A DNA stretch of 63,751 nucleotides, the filler included. It is 5 parts of 5 records of this genome, joined end to end, with 100 filler letters (N's around TTAATTAATTAA, not from the genome) between each part and the next. Parts side by side here need not be neighbours in the genome. Positions count along the whole stretch, not along the records: positions 1 to 20,678 come from DRR723986_5766; 4 more parts are not named here. One strand, given 5' to 3'. Both the position numbers and the translations under genes were made by a program. The notes beneath the pieces are model-generated. The model searched no databases, was not told where the DNA came from, and saw only the letters and a list, made by a program, of their open reading frames with translations. Shown in pieces: positions 9,690 to 19,683 of the stretch; the stretch's first letter is position 1; every line of letters begins with the position of its first letter.

Positions 9690-10516
9690 CAGCCTTTCGT
9701 GCCTCCGCCGTAGATGTTCATGAGTTTGCGGTTGAAAACCACGTAGATGAAAATGACCGGAAGGGCGTAGAACAGCCCGATGGACTTGAAGAGGTTGAAG
9801 TCCGGCTTGCGGTCGTCCGCGATGATGTTCTGGAGATAGGTCGCCAGCACCTGCGACGCACCACTGGGGGCCAGAACCTGCGGCAGGATGAATTCCTTCC
9901 AGGCTTCCAGGAAGGAGAACAGCGCCAGAGCAGCGATGCCGGGCTGCACCTGGGGCAGAACCAGCTTCCACCACACGGTGAAGCGGCTGGCGCCGTCGGT
10001 GATGCCCGCCATTTCGATTTCCCAGGGCACGGTGTCGTAAAAGCCCTTCATGATCCAGATGCCGAGCGGCAGCTCCAGAGCCGTCTTCACAAGGATCACG
10101 CCGATCAGCGTGTTGTAGAGGCCGCTCATCTGCAGCATCAGGAAGATGGCGATGATCAGGGTCACTGTCGGGAAGGCGTGCAGGGTCAGGACACCGCCAA
10201 GGAAGAACTTGCGGAACGGCATGTTCAATCGGGACAGAGCGTAGCCTGCCGTCAGCGACACCATTACCACGATCAGGCTGGTGGAACCGGCAAACAGGAA
10301 GGTGTTGGCCGTGACCGGCCAGATGCTTGCCCGTCCGGTTTCAGGCGTTTCGAACAGGAATTTCCAGTGTTCGAGGGTGAAGCTGTCCGGCAGGAGTGAA
10401 CCTGCCGTGGTGTCGGTGAACGTGTCCACCACCAGGTAGAAATACATTAGCACCAGTGGCAGCGACAGGATGCTGAGCAGCACCAGGACAGGCCAGACGC
10501 GGAAGTTGGGTCTCAT
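9689..10516 (-). CDS. Carbohydrate ABC transporter permease
   Basis: EAA-like loop (EIEMAGITDGASRF), TM segments. Confidence 0.92.
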   Translation of the reverse strand: MRPNFRVWPVLVLLSILSLPLVLMYFYLVVDTFTDTTAGSLLPDSFTLEHWKFLFETPETGRASIWPVTANTFLFAGSTSLIVVMVSLTAGYALSRLNMPFRKFFLGGVLTLHAFPTVTLIIAIFLMLQMSGLYNTLIGVILVKTALELPLGIWIMKGFYDTVPWEIEMAGITDGASRFTVWWKLVLPQVQPGIAALALFSFLEAWKEFILPQVLAPSGASQVLATYLQNIIADDRKPDFNLFKSIGLFYALPVIFIYVVFNRKLMNIYGGGTKG

Positions 10517-10529
10517 GTCCGTCTCTCCC

Positions 10530-11837
10530 CTATTGCTCGATACGCGGCTTGGCCACGAGTTCGTTGAAATTGAAGAGGCGCAGATAGATCAGCGATGCGG
10601 CAATGCCAATGACCACCAGGACCATCGCCAGCGCAGCCCCGAGACCGTATTGCAGAACACCGCCATAGTTGTTCAGCGCGGTGTGGAAGGTGTAGAGCGC
10701 CCACACTTCGGTTGCCTTGCCCGGTCCGCCGTCCGTCGACAGGTAGATGTAGTCGAAGGACGTCAGCAACGAGAGCGTCTGATAGGCGGTGGTGAACAGG
10801 ATCGGCCATCTGAGCTGCGGCAGGATGATGTAGCGGATCTGCTGGAGGCGATTGGCGCCATCCACCTCGCTTGCATGCAGCATGGTTTCGGGGATCGCCT
10901 TGATGGCACTGGAAAACAGGATCATGCCGAGCGACGCCCCGACGAAACCGTTGATGAGGATGACAACCACCCAGGCATTGATGTCCGAATGCAGCATCCA
11001 GTTTCGCGGCGGCACGCCGAAATTGGCCAGAAAGCTGGACAGGAAACCGGTGTCCCAGGCCATCCATTTCCACATCATCACGTAGATGACGGGCGGCAGG
11101 ATGCGCGGCAGGAACCAGATCGTCCGGAATGTGGTAGCGGCCGCGGCCGGCAGATAGAAAGTCGTCACAGCCAGGAAGAGACCGAATCCGATGTTGAAGG
11201 ACAGCGTCAGCGATACGTAGATCAGCGTGTTGCCGGCCGCCCGGAGCGAAGACGGCAGCGAGGCGATCAGGCTGTAGTTTTCCGTCGTCCAGACCCAGCC
11301 GGTGTAGGCGGTCCTGGCAAGCTGGTCGGTTTCGCTTTCCGGAAGGCCGAGCCCCAGCTCGCCAATGCCCGTCATGAAGGCTTCTTCGGTTTCGAAGCGC
11401 GTGTTGAGGATCGAGCGCTTGAAGAGATCGGCGGCTTTCTTCAGATCGCGTGTTGAGCGCGGGCGTTCCTTCAGGCGCTTCAGTTCGCGCTCCAGGTCAC
11501 GCCGGCCGGCAAAACTCTTGCCGGACAAACTGGCTTCGATCTCCTGCGCGAAAGCCTTGCCGTATTCGGCTTCGACGGCTGCGATACCGGCCGCGTCGAT
11601 CTTGTAGGTGTCCTCGGCCAGACGATCTGCCGTGGCTTCCGGAAACCCCTGGTCCTTGAGCATCCGGATCGTGCGTTCCGTAACCTCATAGGCACCGCCG
11701 GAAGAAATGCCGGTACCGGAACTCATGCTGGTGAAGGAAAACATCATTGTCAGCGCCACCGGCGCCAGAAACAGAAACACAATGATGAAGAGCGCAGGGG
11801 CCATGAACCCCAGCCCGAGCAGGTGCGCGCGTCGCAT
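10530..11837 (-). CDS. Carbohydrate ABC transporter permease with large periplasmic insert
   Basis: EAA-like loop (ASEVDGANRLQQ), TDGGPG motif. Confidence 0.9.
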   Translation of the reverse strand: MRRAHLLGLGFMAPALFIIVFLFLAPVALTMMFSFTSMSSGTGISSGGAYEVTERTIRMLKDQGFPEATADRLAEDTYKIDAAGIAAVEAEYGKAFAQEIEASLSGKSFAGRRDLERELKRLKERPRSTRDLKKAADLFKRSILNTRFETEEAFMTGIGELGLGLPESETDQLARTAYTGWVWTTENYSLIASLPSSLRAAGNTLIYVSLTLSFNIGFGLFLAVTTFYLPAAAATTFRTIWFLPRILPPVIYVMMWKWMAWDTGFLSSFLANFGVPPRNWMLHSDINAWVVVILINGFVGASLGMILFSSAIKAIPETMLHASEVDGANRLQQIRYIILPQLRWPILFTTAYQTLSLLTSFDYIYLSTDGGPGKATEVWALYTFHTALNNYGGVLQYGLGAALAMVLVVIGIAASLIYLRLFNFNELVAKPRIEQ

Positions 11838-11857
11838 CTTGTCCCCTTGAAATGTGA

Positions 11858-11879
11858 GCCGGGCGGCGGACCGCCCGGC
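11858..11879 (-). terminator. Intercistronic GC-rich hairpin after the SBP gene
   Basis: gccgggcgg-cgga-ccgcccggc perfect 9-bp stem. Confidence 0.6.
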
Positions 11880-11902
11880 AAGGCAGATGGAGAATGGATG
11901 GC

Positions 11903-13273
11903 TTAGCGGACGGTCAGGTCGTCGCCGAGCACGGCCGTCATTTCCGCTTCCACTTCGGCAACTGCGTCAGCCGGAGACTTCGTGCCGGTCCAGGCTGTTT
12001 CCAGTCCCTTGAACATGATCTCCGAGAACTTGCCGTAGTTCGGGTTGTTCGGCTGTGCATTGGCGTGCGGCAGCAGGCGACGGGTCGCTTCGGCCGCCCA
12101 ACGGTCGTTGGCGTAAAGCTCGATGTTGGACTGCTCCCGGGCGATGCCCAGGTGTGCAGACTTGATCGCGTGCAGCGTGTTGATGCGCGGTTCGGACGCG
12201 ATCTTGATCAGCTGTGCGGCGATCTCGATATCGTCTTCGTCATCCTGCTTGGTGAGCAGATAGGCCAGCGGATGGGTGATGGTGTTGGCCTGGCCGTTTT
12301 CATTGCCTGCCGGAATGAGCGAGAACTGGATGTTGCCGAAGAAATCGTCCAGGCCTTCCTTGCCGGTGTAGCGCGCATAGTGCCAGGTGCCGCCGTGCCA
12401 CAGGGCCGCCTTGCCGGCTGCCACTTCCGCATACCACTGGTCCCACTCGGTGCCGATGTGGTTCTTGCGGGTCACTTTCGCTTCGACAGCGTCCACGAAG
12501 AACTGGTAGAAATCGGTCATCGCCTGTTTGTCGAGGATCAGTTTACCGGTTTCGCTGTCCATCAGTTCACCGCCGAAGGACTGGTAGAACTGGGCATAAT
12601 CCGGCCCGTTGGAAACGCGCGGATAAAAGCCGTAGCCTTCTTCGACGATTTCCATGTCGACGGCTTTCTTGGCGTCTTCCAGTACGTTCTGGAGCGTGTA
12701 TTCGCCGGCTTCGACCTTGGCCGGAAGCGCGTCGATCTCTTCATCCGTGTAACCGATCTTCTTCATGGTTTCGCGCCAGAAGAAGAACGGACGGCTTTCG
12801 GCATCCTGCGGCAGACCGTAGACGACGCCGTTGTAGGTCGTGATATCGAGCAGGTTTTCGTAGATGTTGTTGATCGGCCAGGTGTCCATGTCGACATAAT
12901 CCTCGACAGGAACGATCAGGCCGGACTGGCTCCAGGGAGCGATATCCAGGTGGCTGGTCACAACAATATTCGGGGCGCTGCCGGCTTCAGCGGCCAGGGT
13001 CACGGCCTGCTTGAATTCCTCCCAACCGGCAAAGTCACGCTTCTTTTCGACAGTGATGTTCAGGTCTTCACCAGCAATCGCATATTCGCGGGACAGGATG
13101 TCAGCTGCCATCTCGATGGCATCGAGACGGTAGACGTCGCTGTCGTTGGAACCGCCTGCCCAGACGGTGATGGTGAGGTCTTTTGCCAGGGCGTCTCCGG
13201 CAAAAGCCGCGGTGGTGAGAGCCAGGACGGCAGCCGCTGTGGACTGGCGCAGTTTGGAAACGAGAATGCTCAT
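11903..13273 (-). CDS. ABC transporter solute-binding protein (carbohydrate/glycerophosphodiester)
   Basis: Signal peptide after MSILVSK start; first gene of the ABC operon. Confidence 0.9.
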   Translation of the reverse strand: MSILVSKLRQSTAAAVLALTTAAFAGDALAKDLTITVWAGGSNDSDVYRLDAIEMAADILSREYAIAGEDLNITVEKKRDFAGWEEFKQAVTLAAEAGSAPNIVVTSHLDIAPWSQSGLIVPVEDYVDMDTWPINNIYENLLDITTYNGVVYGLPQDAESRPFFFWRETMKKIGYTDEEIDALPAKVEAGEYTLQNVLEDAKKAVDMEIVEEGYGFYPRVSNGPDYAQFYQSFGGELMDSETGKLILDKQAMTDFYQFFVDAVEAKVTRKNHIGTEWDQWYAEVAAGKAALWHGGTWHYARYTGKEGLDDFFGNIQFSLIPAGNENGQANTITHPLAYLLTKQDDEDDIEIAAQLIKIASEPRINTLHAIKSAHLGIAREQSNIELYANDRWAAEATRRLLPHANAQPNNPNYGKFSEIMFKGLETAWTGTKSPADAVAEVEAEMTAVLGDDLTVR

Positions 13274-13343
13274 CGTATTTCGCCTGCTGTCTGTGTTGCG
13301 ACACCTCCCTCCCGGAAGTGCCATGTGGAAAGAATAAACATGT

Positions 13344-13361
13344 TTTGCACACGTGTGCAAA
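13344..13361. promoter_or_regulatory. LacI-type operator
   Basis: Perfect 18-bp palindrome TTTGCACACGTGTGCAAA with central CG, upstream of an operon encoding a LacI regulator. Confidence 0.8.
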
Positions 13362-13596
13362 GCGGGTTCTAGCGGGCGGGTGTTACGGGCATGTGACAGC
13401 GTTGCGAATTTAAGGTGCCGGACTATGCGACGACCCTGGCTTCATCTTGATCATAAAAGCCGATCACGACGGCGAGACGACAGACGGTGGGGCGCTTTAC
13501 TCGGCCTTGATGATTTTTGGCTATAGCAACACCCCGAACAACAATTTTCATGACCTTCCGGCTTCTGAGAAGCCGGACCAGCGGGGAGTTGAACCC

Positions 13597-13974
13597 ATAA
13601 AGCGCCTTGTTATCGATTTGGACGGAACCCTGACCCTGGCAGACACGTCCGACTACAGGAACGTCTCACCGAACCTGCCCCTCATCGAGAAGCTGCGGGA
13701 GTACAAGGAACAGGGCTTCGAGATCGTGATCCAGACCGCACGCAACATGCGGACACATGAGAACAATGTCGGCAAGATCACGGCGCACACGGTGCCGATC
13801 ATCATCGAGTGGCTGCAAAAGCACGACATTCCCTACGACGAGATCTTCGTCGGCAAGCCCTGGTGCGGACATGAAGGATTTTATGTAGACGACCGCGCCA
13901 TCCGGCCGGACGAGTTCGTCCGCATGTCAAAATCGGAGATCGACACCCTGCTCGACAACGCACCGAAAAACTGA
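13597..13974 (+). CDS. HAD-like capsule-biosynthesis phosphatase (EcbF/BcbF family)
   Basis: IDLDGTL, TARNMRTH, GKPWCGHEGFYVDDRAIRPDEF; conserved region begins at ATA 13597, start uncertain. Confidence 0.8.
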   Translation: MKRLVIDLDGTLTLADTSDYRNVSPNLPLIEKLREYKEQGFEIVIQTARNMRTHENNVGKITAHTVPIIIEWLQKHDIPYDEIFVGKPWCGHEGFYVDDRAIRPDEFVRMSKSEIDTLLDNAPKN

Positions 13975-13981
13975 CGTCAAA

Positions 13982-14015
13982 ACAGGCTTCGCAGCCGGCT
14001 GACCGCGAAGCCTGT
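13982..14015. terminator. Hairpin between convergent genes
   Basis: acaggcttcgc...gcgaagcctgt 11-bp stem. Confidence 0.7.
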
Positions 14016-14044
14016 CTATCTTTTAGCCGGCCGATTTATCGGTG

Positions 14045-15712
14045 TTACAGGTTCTGACCGTCCTGAACTTTCTTTCGGTAGACGGTCCAGGAAGGGCTGC
14101 TGGCAGCTTCTTCGTAGTGCTCCTGCACATACGGCCGGTAGATTTCCCAAAGCGCTTCTCCGGACGGGTCGCCATGACCCAGGATCACGAACTCCGCATC
14201 GGAGAAGAACTCTTCTTCCGGCTGGTGGATCTCTTTGGAGAAGGTTCTGCCATTGTGGAACCAGATCGGCACCCTGGCGGGTGAAGGCTTGTTGAGAAGG
14301 GCCGGAAACGGATTGGCGAAGTTGAGTGCCAGTACCGGCCCGGCATCCGGATCTGCAGCCCCGACTTCCTGCAGCAGGCTGAAACCATCCAGCATCCTGT
14401 TGTAGTCGACGGTTACTTCCTCATCAGGCTGCTCGAGCCAGCGCGGATGCAGCACGAAGCCTGCCTGCCCGGTATTGGCCAGCCGTTCGTCTGCCGGATA
14501 CTGCCGGCTTTGCAGGAATTGCGCGACCATGGCACCGCCATCACGGGCCGGATAGATGAGGGCGATTGCAATGGTGAGGACCGACAGGATCTTCAGCGTC
14601 AGGGCCTTCGACTGTCTTTCGACGGAGACCGCCGCTGTTTCCCCCTTGCGGAAAAGTCCGGCCCACTGTGCGGCGATGATCGGAAGCATGGCATAGACCG
14701 GGCTTTCCGACAGCCAATGGTTCTGCATGAGAATGACGCAGGCCATGGCAGCGGCGACCAGGATCAGGACCACGGGTGTGAAGCGTTTGGGTTCAGCACT
14801 GTTTTCGCACAGCAGGAGATAAAGCACAGCGCTGCCGATGGCCCAGACCGCAGCCTCCCCAAGCTGGGTAATCAGCTTGATGATGCGCCAGGTTTCCTTG
14901 GCAAATCCGGAGACGGTCTTGATGTCCGCAAGGTTCGCGCTGACCTGGCCCGTCACCAGCTCTGCGGCCGTAAGCGACGCCGCAAGGCCGATCAAGACCA
15001 CAACAGCATGCTTGATCGAGATGTTCCGAAACACCGTTGCCGCGACCAGCAAGCCCACGAGGGCGGCACCGAATGTGACCTTGATCAGAAAGACGACGGC
15101 AATCGAAAAGCCCAGCAGAAAAGCCTCCGGCACACCCCTGCGTCCCGGAGGACAGCAAAAGGCCACGGTTACAACAGCTGCAAGGGCCGCCGCCCAACGG
15201 TTATAGGGGGCAAGCCAGCTCATGCTGGTCTGGGCAAAGATCATGTCCGGTTCGCGCGGTGTCACGACTGTCGCAACCGCGACCAGCAGAACGAGGCCAA
15301 GCGTGCCGAAACTCACCTGTCGCGTCAGAGTGAGAACCGCCAGAACGAAGGTTCCAAGCCCGAATATGGCACTTGCCAGGGGAACCGAAGTCGCATCCTG
15401 CGGGCGCAGCTCGACAGCGATCCGGAAAACCCAGTCATAGACCGGTCCGATCGGACTGAAATAATCGACGCTGGAGGCCTGACCATAGGCAGATTTATTT
15501 GCCGTATCGAAGGCGGTCCAAAGGTCGTGCAGGTAACGCTCGTGATCAAAGAACAGGTGCGGCAGCGTCGCGCTGACGGCAATCAGCACACCGGCGGCCA
15601 ACAGGCCAAGCAAGCCGATAAAGCCGGAGGCATGGTCCTTTCGCAAATACCAGACTGCGACAAGCACCGGAAACAGCAAGATGGCAAAGGCATAAGTCGA
15701 AAGGGCAATCAT
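14045..15712 (-). CDS. Polytopic membrane protein, possible GT-C/GtrC-like glycosyltransferase
   Basis: More than 10 TM segments, periplasmic loop after TM2, soluble C-terminus; ATGA-coupled to upstream gene; function inferred from context. Confidence 0.6.
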   Translation of the reverse strand: MIALSTYAFAILLFPVLVAVWYLRKDHASGFIGLLGLLAAGVLIAVSATLPHLFFDHERYLHDLWTAFDTANKSAYGQASSVDYFSPIGPVYDWVFRIAVELRPQDATSVPLASAIFGLGTFVLAVLTLTRQVSFGTLGLVLLVAVATVVTPREPDMIFAQTSMSWLAPYNRWAAALAAVVTVAFCCPPGRRGVPEAFLLGFSIAVVFLIKVTFGAALVGLLVAATVFRNISIKHAVVVLIGLAASLTAAELVTGQVSANLADIKTVSGFAKETWRIIKLITQLGEAAVWAIGSAVLYLLLCENSAEPKRFTPVVLILVAAAMACVILMQNHWLSESPVYAMLPIIAAQWAGLFRKGETAAVSVERQSKALTLKILSVLTIAIALIYPARDGGAMVAQFLQSRQYPADERLANTGQAGFVLHPRWLEQPDEEVTVDYNRMLDGFSLLQEVGAADPDAGPVLALNFANPFPALLNKPSPARVPIWFHNGRTFSKEIHQPEEEFFSDAEFVILGHGDPSGEALWEIYRPYVQEHYEEAASSPSWTVYRKKVQDGQNL

Positions 15713-16467
15713 TTGGCAATCGTCCACTTTGCTGCGGAAGGCGGCGGAGAGGCAATGAACGCCTCCAGTTGCTCCGGCGTACCGAGCATTCCGACATCCT
15801 CGAACGCCAGCTGGCTGATGGAGACAGCCGCCCCGTCCGCGATGATCTGGTTGTACATCGGCGCGATGTAGCGCTCGCCCTTCTCCTCGCCGCTGTTGCG
15901 GAAGAAGCGGGCATAGACGTCCCGGTAGCGGGCGACACTGTCGAACCAGTAGAGGCCGACGGTCGCATGATCGGAAATGCGTTCCTTTTCGCGAAGCTCC
16001 ACCACACGTCCATCCGCATCGGTGCGTGCGAAGGACCAGCCGTTACCCGGTCCGGGAAAACACGGCACATGCCCGGCACAAACCGCCGGGTCTGCCGGCT
16101 TCATCGCACCCGGCGCCACGTAAGTGTCGATGTTGAAGATGGCGAGTGGCTGGTTTTCCGAAGCCGTGGCAACAAGTTCCAGAGCCGTTGTCGCCTGGCC
16201 GTCGGTGAGTTCGTCAAGCTCGACGATGCCGTCAACCTGAATGCCGAGCGCCTTGCAGCGGGCTATCAGGAAATCCGGCGCGTTCAATCCGCTGCGCACG
16301 GCAAAGCAGAACGACCAGCCCGCCTCGCGGTAGGCCTCCATCGAGAGCATGGACCAGTCGAACAGGGGGCGGCCGAGCGCCTCGATTTCATACTTCGGAC
16401 GGTCGTAGCCCGCCTTGGTGAAACGGCTGCCCATCCCGGCCATCGTAATCGCTACTACGCCGCTCAT
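15709..16467 (-). CDS. Sugar nucleotidyltransferase-like protein (GT-A fold, BcbE-like)
   Basis: ITMAGMGSRF...PKY, TDGQATT, FNIDT, LGTPEQL motifs. Confidence 0.8.
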   Translation of the reverse strand: MSGVVAITMAGMGSRFTKAGYDRPKYEIEALGRPLFDWSMLSMEAYREAGWSFCFAVRSGLNAPDFLIARCKALGIQVDGIVELDELTDGQATTALELVATASENQPLAIFNIDTYVAPGAMKPADPAVCAGHVPCFPGPGNGWSFARTDADGRVVELREKERISDHATVGLYWFDSVARYRDVYARFFRNSGEEKGERYIAPMYNQIIADGAAVSISQLAFEDVGMLGTPEQLEAFIASPPPSAAKWTIAK

Positions 16468-17939
16468 CAGCTGGCCTTTCTCTGCCGTTTCTGTCCGCTT
16501 TCAAGCTGATCGAGGATCGAGGCCGCGATCAGCGCAAAGCCGACGAGTTTGTCGGGGTGGTCGGTGTGAAGCGGCAGCATCGACAGGAACAGTGACAGTT
16601 CGACCGCACGCACATGGGCGATGTCGAGGCCTTCCGCCTCCAGCCTGTCGCAGAAGTGCCGCTCGGCCCAATCCGCGGGAGGCGCGATCGTCCAGTCGAG
16701 TTCCAACCGCAGTTCCTTGTTCAGATAGACGCGGAACAGGCCGTTGTTGACGTAGTCATAGCAGCCCAGAATGGAGTGACTGATCTTGGCGACATCATAA
16801 AGCGGATGCATCATCGCATCATCCGCGGACAACGCTCCGCGCGGATCGATCAGCCGCATCAGCCCGATCCGCCTGTCGAACAGGACGTTGGAAAAGCACG
16901 GATCGCCGTGGGAAAACACCAGCTGATCCGTCGTGCCGACCGCCTTTCGAATGAAGGGGCGCGCCTGCTCCAGCATGTCGGGCAAACCACCGCGCGGGCC
17001 GGCTTTTTCCAAAATCTGGCTGGTCTGTCTGCCGCGCTCCGTCTCCAGGAACCCCGCCAGCCGCTTGTCCAGTTTTTCCAGGATCTGGGTTTCGGCCCGC
17101 GCCCGGTCTTTCTTTCCCGGCGTTCTTGCGTTCAGGTAGTTGAAGATCTGATCGAGCAGGACCTTGAAATCACCTTCCGTGAACGAGTGATGCACCCATT
17201 GCAACGCCGCATCCGGGATCGCCAGATGCTCCATCTGGTAGCCGGCCTTCTTGCCGTCTTCCCAGAACCCGAACGTGGGCAGCAGGAAACGTTGCAGTTC
17301 AGGCGGTGCGGCATGGAAGAAGCCGTGCTCGGCACGCATTTTTGCAATGTCGGTGGACTGCTTGTGAAAGACGCTGTCTTCCGAACGAGCGGAATTGAAA
17401 TGCCGAAGTTCCGTCGCACCGGACAGAAACAGCATCAGGTTGCGCGGCTCGCGGATATCGATGAAGCGGGCGTGGTCCGTGATGATCTCGGTACGATCGC
17501 GCAACGACAGCAGCAGGAGACGGCGGGCCTCAGGCGTTTCCGCGCATAGAAGCGACGCGGCTTCGGCATGGAACAGAACGGCGACGGCCTCATCGTCGAT
17601 GACCGGGCTGGCGAGCATGGTCTTCAAGGCGTATCCGGCCTTGCGCACCAGCACCGAAAAGCCTTCCGGATCGAGCGGCGGCAGACAGAGCGGCACGCGC
17701 AGATAGATTGCGGCGTCGCCCCGGTCGCGGATGCGGTCTGCAAGCTCGACACCGCTTTCAGGCGACATCAGGTGTTCCACCGTTTCCGCACCGGCCTCCA
17801 GGGACATGGCCGTCAGTTCTTTAGCCAGTGTCTGGCGGCGGCGCATGATGTCGGAGAACCGGACTTCGCCAAGCGCGGCCCGCACGCTTTCTGCCGGCGG
17901 ATCCCGGTCGTCTAGGATTACGGAAAGTGCTTTCGTCAT
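16467..17939 (-). CDS. Aminoglycoside-phosphotransferase/choline-kinase-like protein
   Basis: HGDPCFSNVL, LIDPRG, YDVAKISHS; start MTKALS at 17939 overlaps upstream stop. Confidence 0.75.
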   Translation of the reverse strand: MTKALSVILDDRDPPAESVRAALGEVRFSDIMRRRQTLAKELTAMSLEAGAETVEHLMSPESGVELADRIRDRGDAAIYLRVPLCLPPLDPEGFSVLVRKAGYALKTMLASPVIDDEAVAVLFHAEAASLLCAETPEARRLLLLSLRDRTEIITDHARFIDIREPRNLMLFLSGATELRHFNSARSEDSVFHKQSTDIAKMRAEHGFFHAAPPELQRFLLPTFGFWEDGKKAGYQMEHLAIPDAALQWVHHSFTEGDFKVLLDQIFNYLNARTPGKKDRARAETQILEKLDKRLAGFLETERGRQTSQILEKAGPRGGLPDMLEQARPFIRKAVGTTDQLVFSHGDPCFSNVLFDRRIGLMRLIDPRGALSADDAMMHPLYDVAKISHSILGCYDYVNNGLFRVYLNKELRLELDWTIAPPADWAERHFCDRLEAEGLDIAHVRAVELSLFLSMLPLHTDHPDKLVGFALIAASILDQLESGQKRQRKAS

Positions 17940-18874
17940 AAGGCACCGGTCCTGTTCTGGGCACGTAGCGGTTCGTTGCGCACTCGCGGAAGGTAGATCC
18001 ACATGGCGAGCGGCCAGACCAGCGCAAGGGACAGAAGACACAGGCTGCTCCAGGCGCCGATGGCGCCCTGGAAACTGGCAACTGGCCCCTCGAACACCCG
18101 CTCGGCCAGAAGCACGATCCCGCTGGTTTCGACAAAATTGGCGGAGGTGTATGCCAGCACAGTCGCCGCCAGGGCTTCCAGGCCCCAGATGACCATGGAC
18201 ATGACCAGCAGCACCGGTCCTTGTACGCGGAAAAGATCGGCCCCTCGTGTCGTGATCTGACGCAATCCGTCCAGCTGACCCAGGTGCCGCAGGGAATTCG
18301 GGTTCCGGTGGTTCAGAACCACATAATGTTGCACGGCCCGCAGGATGCCGGGGCCAAGCACGAAGACGACAAGGCCCGCCAGCACTGCAAGGCTGGTGAC
18401 GGCCAGAAGGACCATAGGCCCGGTGGCCAGCGGACCGTGGTAGGCATAAACGACGACGAGCAGGACGAGGATCATTAATCCGTCGAAAAACCGCTCCAGA
18501 AGGATGATGATCAGCGCGCCGGGAAAGCTTTTGCCCAGATACCAGAGCTGGTGCAGCCTCAGGATCTCGCCAAGCTTGAAGGGAATGACGAGGGCGCCCG
18601 GGCTGGTCACCAGATGCAGCAGCGCGCTGGAGCGCCCGGAAATGCCGAGCAGCCGCGAGGCCATGATCGCAAGACGAACAGCCCGCACACAATGCGAGCC
18701 GAGATAGATGCCACCTGCAACAAAGAGCGCCTGCCACGGCTTGCCCGCAAGCTCACCCAGCCCCTGCTCGGCCAGCCACCAGATCGCGAGACCGAACGGC
18801 AGGAACAGGACCGCGTAATGCAGGGCGAGGCCGGCCGGCAACCTGGCCTGCCGCAAGCGTGAGGATGTCCGCAC
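17936..18874 (-). CDS. LPG_synthase_TM/flippase-like membrane protein
   Basis: VIPFKLGEILR and LERFFDG motifs; GTG start after GGTGAGG RBS. Confidence 0.75.
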   Translation of the reverse strand: MRTSSRLRQARLPAGLALHYAVLFLPFGLAIWWLAEQGLGELAGKPWQALFVAGGIYLGSHCVRAVRLAIMASRLLGISGRSSALLHLVTSPGALVIPFKLGEILRLHQLWYLGKSFPGALIIILLERFFDGLMILVLLVVVYAYHGPLATGPMVLLAVTSLAVLAGLVVFVLGPGILRAVQHYVVLNHRNPNSLRHLGQLDGLRQITTRGADLFRVQGPVLLVMSMVIWGLEALAATVLAYTSANFVETSGIVLLAERVFEGPVASFQGAIGAWSSLCLLSLALVWPLAMWIYLPRVRNEPLRAQNRTGAL

Positions 18875-18884
18875 AGACCTCACC

Positions 18885-19673
18885 TCAGGCAATCCGTGTC
18901 GAGGGATAGGCGGCGCGCGGTGTCTGCCGGTGATCGGTCGCAAAGAAAGCGGCCGGTTTGAACAGACGGAAGCTGACAATGCGCAGAAGCTGAAAGCCCA
19001 TCTTGCTCAGCTTGGCATTGGATATCTGGTCGTCTTCACGCCAGGTGAGCGGAAAGAACCCCAGCTGGAACCGGTTCCGGACAACACCCAGGATCAGGTA
19101 ATAGTTGAACGTCAGGTCGTCGGCGTATTTCAGGTGAAAGCCGGACTTGAAGGCCTCTACCTTGAACAGGTTCAGTCCGGAGCCGAGGTCGAAGAGACGC
19201 TGGCCGCTGATTGCCGAAAAGATCAGGTTGAAGGTGTGGTTGGCCGCCGTGCGCAGCAAGGAATAGCCCTCCAGCTTGGAGCCTTTCATGAAGCGCGCGC
19301 CCATCAGAAAGTCGAGATCCTTGTGACGGCCGGCCGCGATATGCGGCACCAGATCGGCAATCGCGCCCTGATCGTCACCATGCAGCACCACAAGATAGTC
19401 GTAGCCGTTCACCATCGCGAAATTGATCGCGACCTTATGCGAACCGCCGAGACCGTAATTGTCGTCGTTGTGCAGCAAGGCCGTTTCGGCATATCCGAGT
19501 TTCGCCAACCCCGCCTGTGCCGCCTCGCGCGTGCCGTCCGTCGACCGGTTGTCGACACACAGGACACCATCAACGACAGCCTGAACTTCCGGTGCCTCCA
19601 GTTGCTTCAGCACACGCGGGATCTGCGCTTCGCAATTGTAGCAGGGAATGAAAACGAGAACCCGGCCGGTCAT
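18885..19673 (-). CDS. GT2 glycosyltransferase (polyprenol-phosphate glycosyltransferase/GtrB-like)
   Basis: FIPCYN, VDNRSTDGT, NYGLGGSHK, LHGDDQ, GARF. Confidence 0.88.
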   Translation of the reverse strand: MTGRVLVFIPCYNCEAQIPRVLKQLEAPEVQAVVDGVLCVDNRSTDGTREAAQAGLAKLGYAETALLHNDDNYGLGGSHKVAINFAMVNGYDYLVVLHGDDQGAIADLVPHIAAGRHKDLDFLMGARFMKGSKLEGYSLLRTAANHTFNLIFSAISGQRLFDLGSGLNLFKVEAFKSGFHLKYADDLTFNYYLILGVVRNRFQLGFFPLTWREDDQISNAKLSKMGFQLLRIVSFRLFKPAAFFATDHRQTPRAAYPSTRIA

Positions 19674-19683
19674 GAAGGCCACC

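Noticed and set aside
9690-9974. Extended N-terminus of the ABC ATPase
   Set aside because: Overlaps the permease; real start is MRIALENF at 9689
7411-15871. Long plus-strand ORFs opposite the ABC and glycosylation genes (e.g. 7411-8712, 8619-9713, 11894-13372, 14447-15871)
   Set aside because: Antisense shadow ORFs typical of high-GC coding DNA; no recognisable motifs
17940-18737. N-terminal extension making the kinase-like ORF 756 aa
   Set aside because: Overlaps the flippase-like gene in another frame; the plausible start is the coupled ATG at 17939
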